Source: Gekko japonicus | Lineage: Eukaryota | NCBI RefSeq assembly: GCF_001447785.1 | Contig: NW_015161409.1 | Location: forward strand, 536,171 to 600,170 | Length of the DNA stretch: 64,000 bases | Reading direction: 5' to 3' | Shown here: positions 61,601 through 64,000 of the stretch, one piece after another | How positions within the stretch are numbered: the stretch's first letter is position 1 | How the letters are laid out: each line of letters starts with the position of its first letter | Made by a program: the position numbers and the translations under genes | Notes under the pieces: generated by a model | The model's database searches: none | What the model was told of the DNA's origin: nothing | The model's input: the letters and a program-made list of their open reading frames with translations, nothing else

Positions 61601-62965
61601 GAACCAACCCCATGATATCTCCTATTATTTCACCAATACATGCATACCACAATAAACACGAGAGAAAAACCAACATTTTTTTAATTTACAAAGATATGAT
61701 AAACTCAAAAGGTGAAATTAAATCTTGGCAAAAGATTCAAGAAAAAGGGAAGAAGATACAATAGTTAGTTTACCTTCAATTAACCTGTAGATTTAAGAAA
61801 GATCCTCGCAGAAAGAGATGGAGTAAGAGACTTGACTGAGTTTGGAAAGATCATTTGCTAGAATGACTCTACAAATGATTACTCCATGATACAGAGATGG
61901 AACGTTAAAATCTGCATGATAAAATGGATGCAGAATATTGACAAACAGATATTCTTCCTACAATGGGAAAATTGATGGATGAAAGACATAAAATTTACAG
62001 CCTGTCAGGCCATAAGGAAAAACTGGTATAAGATGTTCTTTCGATGGTATCTTACTCCTATGGATAGCCATAAAATGGATAAGAATTACATAGGAACTTG
62101 TTGGAAATGTAAGGAAGTAGAAGGCACGTTTTGTCATATGTGGTGGTATTGTAAAAAAATGAGGAAATACTGGATTGAAATACATGTAGAGATCCAGAAA
62201 ATTCTTTAAATTAAATTTCCACTGAATCCAGAGACAATGCTATTGGGATTAATTCCGGATAATGTGACGGAAAAATCAGAAGATGTATTCAGATATATGT
62301 TAACTGCAGCAAGAGTACAGTTCACATTTATTTGAAAACAGAAGATTGCCCAACAAATGACGCGTGGTGTGATAAATTAGCTGAATATGCTGTAGTGGCA
62401 AAGTTAATGAATCAAGTAAATTAAAGACCAATTAAAGAATTTCAGCAGAAATAGAAAGCATATTACTCATACTATGGTAAAAGTTAATAACTCTGATGAT
62501 AAAGTCTGTATTACCTGAAACAAAAAGCTGGCACCTCCTGAAATAATCACAGAGTTAGGGAGAAATTATAGTTATTATTAATGTAAAATATTCTTTCTAG
62601 TTATTCATTCATGTAATATATTTATCAAAAAGGTTTAAAATAATATTAAGTAATCAATATGTATAATTTTCTTTCTAAAAAGTTATAAATGCTACCCCAA
62701 ATTTACTATATCAAACTATTTAAAAATTGGTATGCTTAAAAAAAAGTATAATGATTTTCTGAGAAATTTATGTAATTGAGCGGAGAAGATATCCTACTCT
62801 TGATCTATGTATTTTATATATATCTATATCTATAGATATATAATATTTGAATTGTGCTGTCAACAAATGTAAAATATAAAAGCTTCTGATAATTAACAAT
62901 TTTTGATACTCTTCTTCCTTTTTAGTTTGGTACCCCTCCAATTATATAATAAATAAAAAATATAT
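58650..62965 (+). mobile_element. Decayed near-full-length L1 (ORF1, deleted ORF2, AT-rich 3' UTR) in the last ZC3H14 intron
   Basis: ORF1 EVQNRVNNL..RLPQEILIKF. ORF2 KALGPDG, YRPISSLN, SLDAEKA, KGTHQG, SYADD, KYLG, SWLGRISIIKLNVLPKLNFLFQMLP, CWKCKEVEGTFCHMWWYC. Many stops and frameshifts. Confidence 0.9.
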
Positions 62966-63413
62966 TTTAAAAGCTATAATGTAACAATTACGGTCCTACA
63001 CTAACCATTACCAAATCCCAAATACTTCAAATTTAGCCAGAATGAACTGTTAAAAAATGATATTTTCAACGTGTGATTTAAGAACTATGCAAGTTTCTTG
63101 CCTTTTTTGCCAAGTGCATTTATTTATTTACTTTACAGCTTGCCTTCTTCACTGAGACTGCAGGCAGATTACACGGTTTAAAACAATGTAAGCAGATGAC
63201 ATGGTTTAAAACAATGCAATCAAGTAGACATCTAATAAGCAATGCAACAGAACTAAGATTACAAACATTAGAAAAAATCCAATAAGTATTAGGCATGATG
63301 TATCAAAAATGCAGGAAATGCATTAATTTTGATCCTGCAGCTGCATGGTTTGGTTAGCAAGTATGACTTGACAGAGCAGCAGCAGCAGTAGTAATAATAA
63401 CAACAACAACTAC

Positions 63414-63520
63414 CTGGTCTGATTTCGAGTCCATTTCAAGGCATGACGTGGTGGTACAGAAACACTAGGATGGTAGAATGTGCAATCAGCTCTGGTACAC
63501 TGAGTGTTAAACCGACAATG
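63414..63520 (-). CDS. ZC3H14: ZC3H14 exon (HCRFNTQCTRADCTFYHPSVSVPPRHALKWTRNQTS)
   Basis: On the - strand: poly-C/tttttag|CAT TGT CGG...ACC AG|gtagtt; last CCCH finger and PPRHALKW motif. Confidence 0.93.
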
Positions 63521-63881
63521 CTAAAAAGGGGGGGGGGGGGGGAAGAGAGTCAGAAAATGCTACTGAAAAGAGTTCAATTTAACTAGTTTCATTACACACA
63601 CACACATATAATAGTCCCTCCAGTTCTGCTCTCTACCAAGTATGTCCCATGGTGTATCATCCAAGGCTGGTGTATGAGCAGGCAAAGCGCCAATGCCACA
63701 AGCACAGCACAATACAAGAGACTCCTGAATTTGTAATTATGAAGATGCTGCAATAATTCTTGAGCACCAGAATGCAAATGTCTAGGAGTCAGCATCCATG
63801 AACTTCAGTCCTATTAAGCACAGGCCACTAGCCTTCATTTTAGAATCTCACAGTAGAAGGAAACTAAAATATGGTACTTAC

Positions 63882-63976
63882 TTTCGGATGGTAGAATGGA
63901 CATTCCATTTTCTTACATGCAGGGAAATATCGGCAGAGCTGGCTAGTAGAAGATGCTGGTGGTACTGGAGGTGGGG
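63882..63976 (-). CDS. ZC3H14: ZC3H14 exon (PPPVPPASSTSQLCRYFPACKKMECPFYHPK; CCCH finger)
   Basis: On the - strand: gtcacag|CC CCA CCT...CAT CCG AAA|gtaagt; the peptide is recognised as the ZC3H14 C-terminal zinc finger. Confidence 0.93.
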
Positions 63977-64000
63977 CTGTGACACCAAACAAGAGAGGTA

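Noticed and set aside
58650-62965. Active full-length L1
   Set aside because: Many stops and frameshifts, most of the endonuclease deleted (~59780), and a nested insertion at 61.1 kb.

Overview
Vertebrate genomic DNA. The repeat landscape points to a squamate reptile, probably a gecko (inference). The + strand carries the 3' half of EML5 (echinoderm microtubule-associated protein-like 5, WD40/HELP): 20 exons, 1028-48742, all GT-AG, with phases that join into one open frame ending ...LFVWKCVHMPH*. Three of them are in-frame microexons of 15, 9 and 21 nt that the ORF track misses. The last three exons of ZC3H14 (CCCH zinc-finger poly(A)-binding protein, Nab2 ortholog) lie on the - strand (63976 down to 56888), so the genes are tail-to-tail, with 3' ends that probably meet or overlap around 55.0-56.9 kb. 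The introns hold many decayed mobile elements: a DIRS tyrosine-recombinase retrotransposon (ITRs plus ICR) with at least five nested inserts, L1, L2, CR1, Dong/R4, an RTE-X-like LINE with a ~115-bp target duplication, Penelope fragments with hammerhead-ribozyme-like motifs, two non-autonomous Helitrons (one stuffed with MITE/SINE cargo), hAT and Harbinger MITEs with TSDs, and tRNA- and 5S-derived SINEs. No prokaryotic or CRISPR system is present. Gene and family names come from remembered motifs, not database searches, and repeat boundaries without a TSD are approximate.
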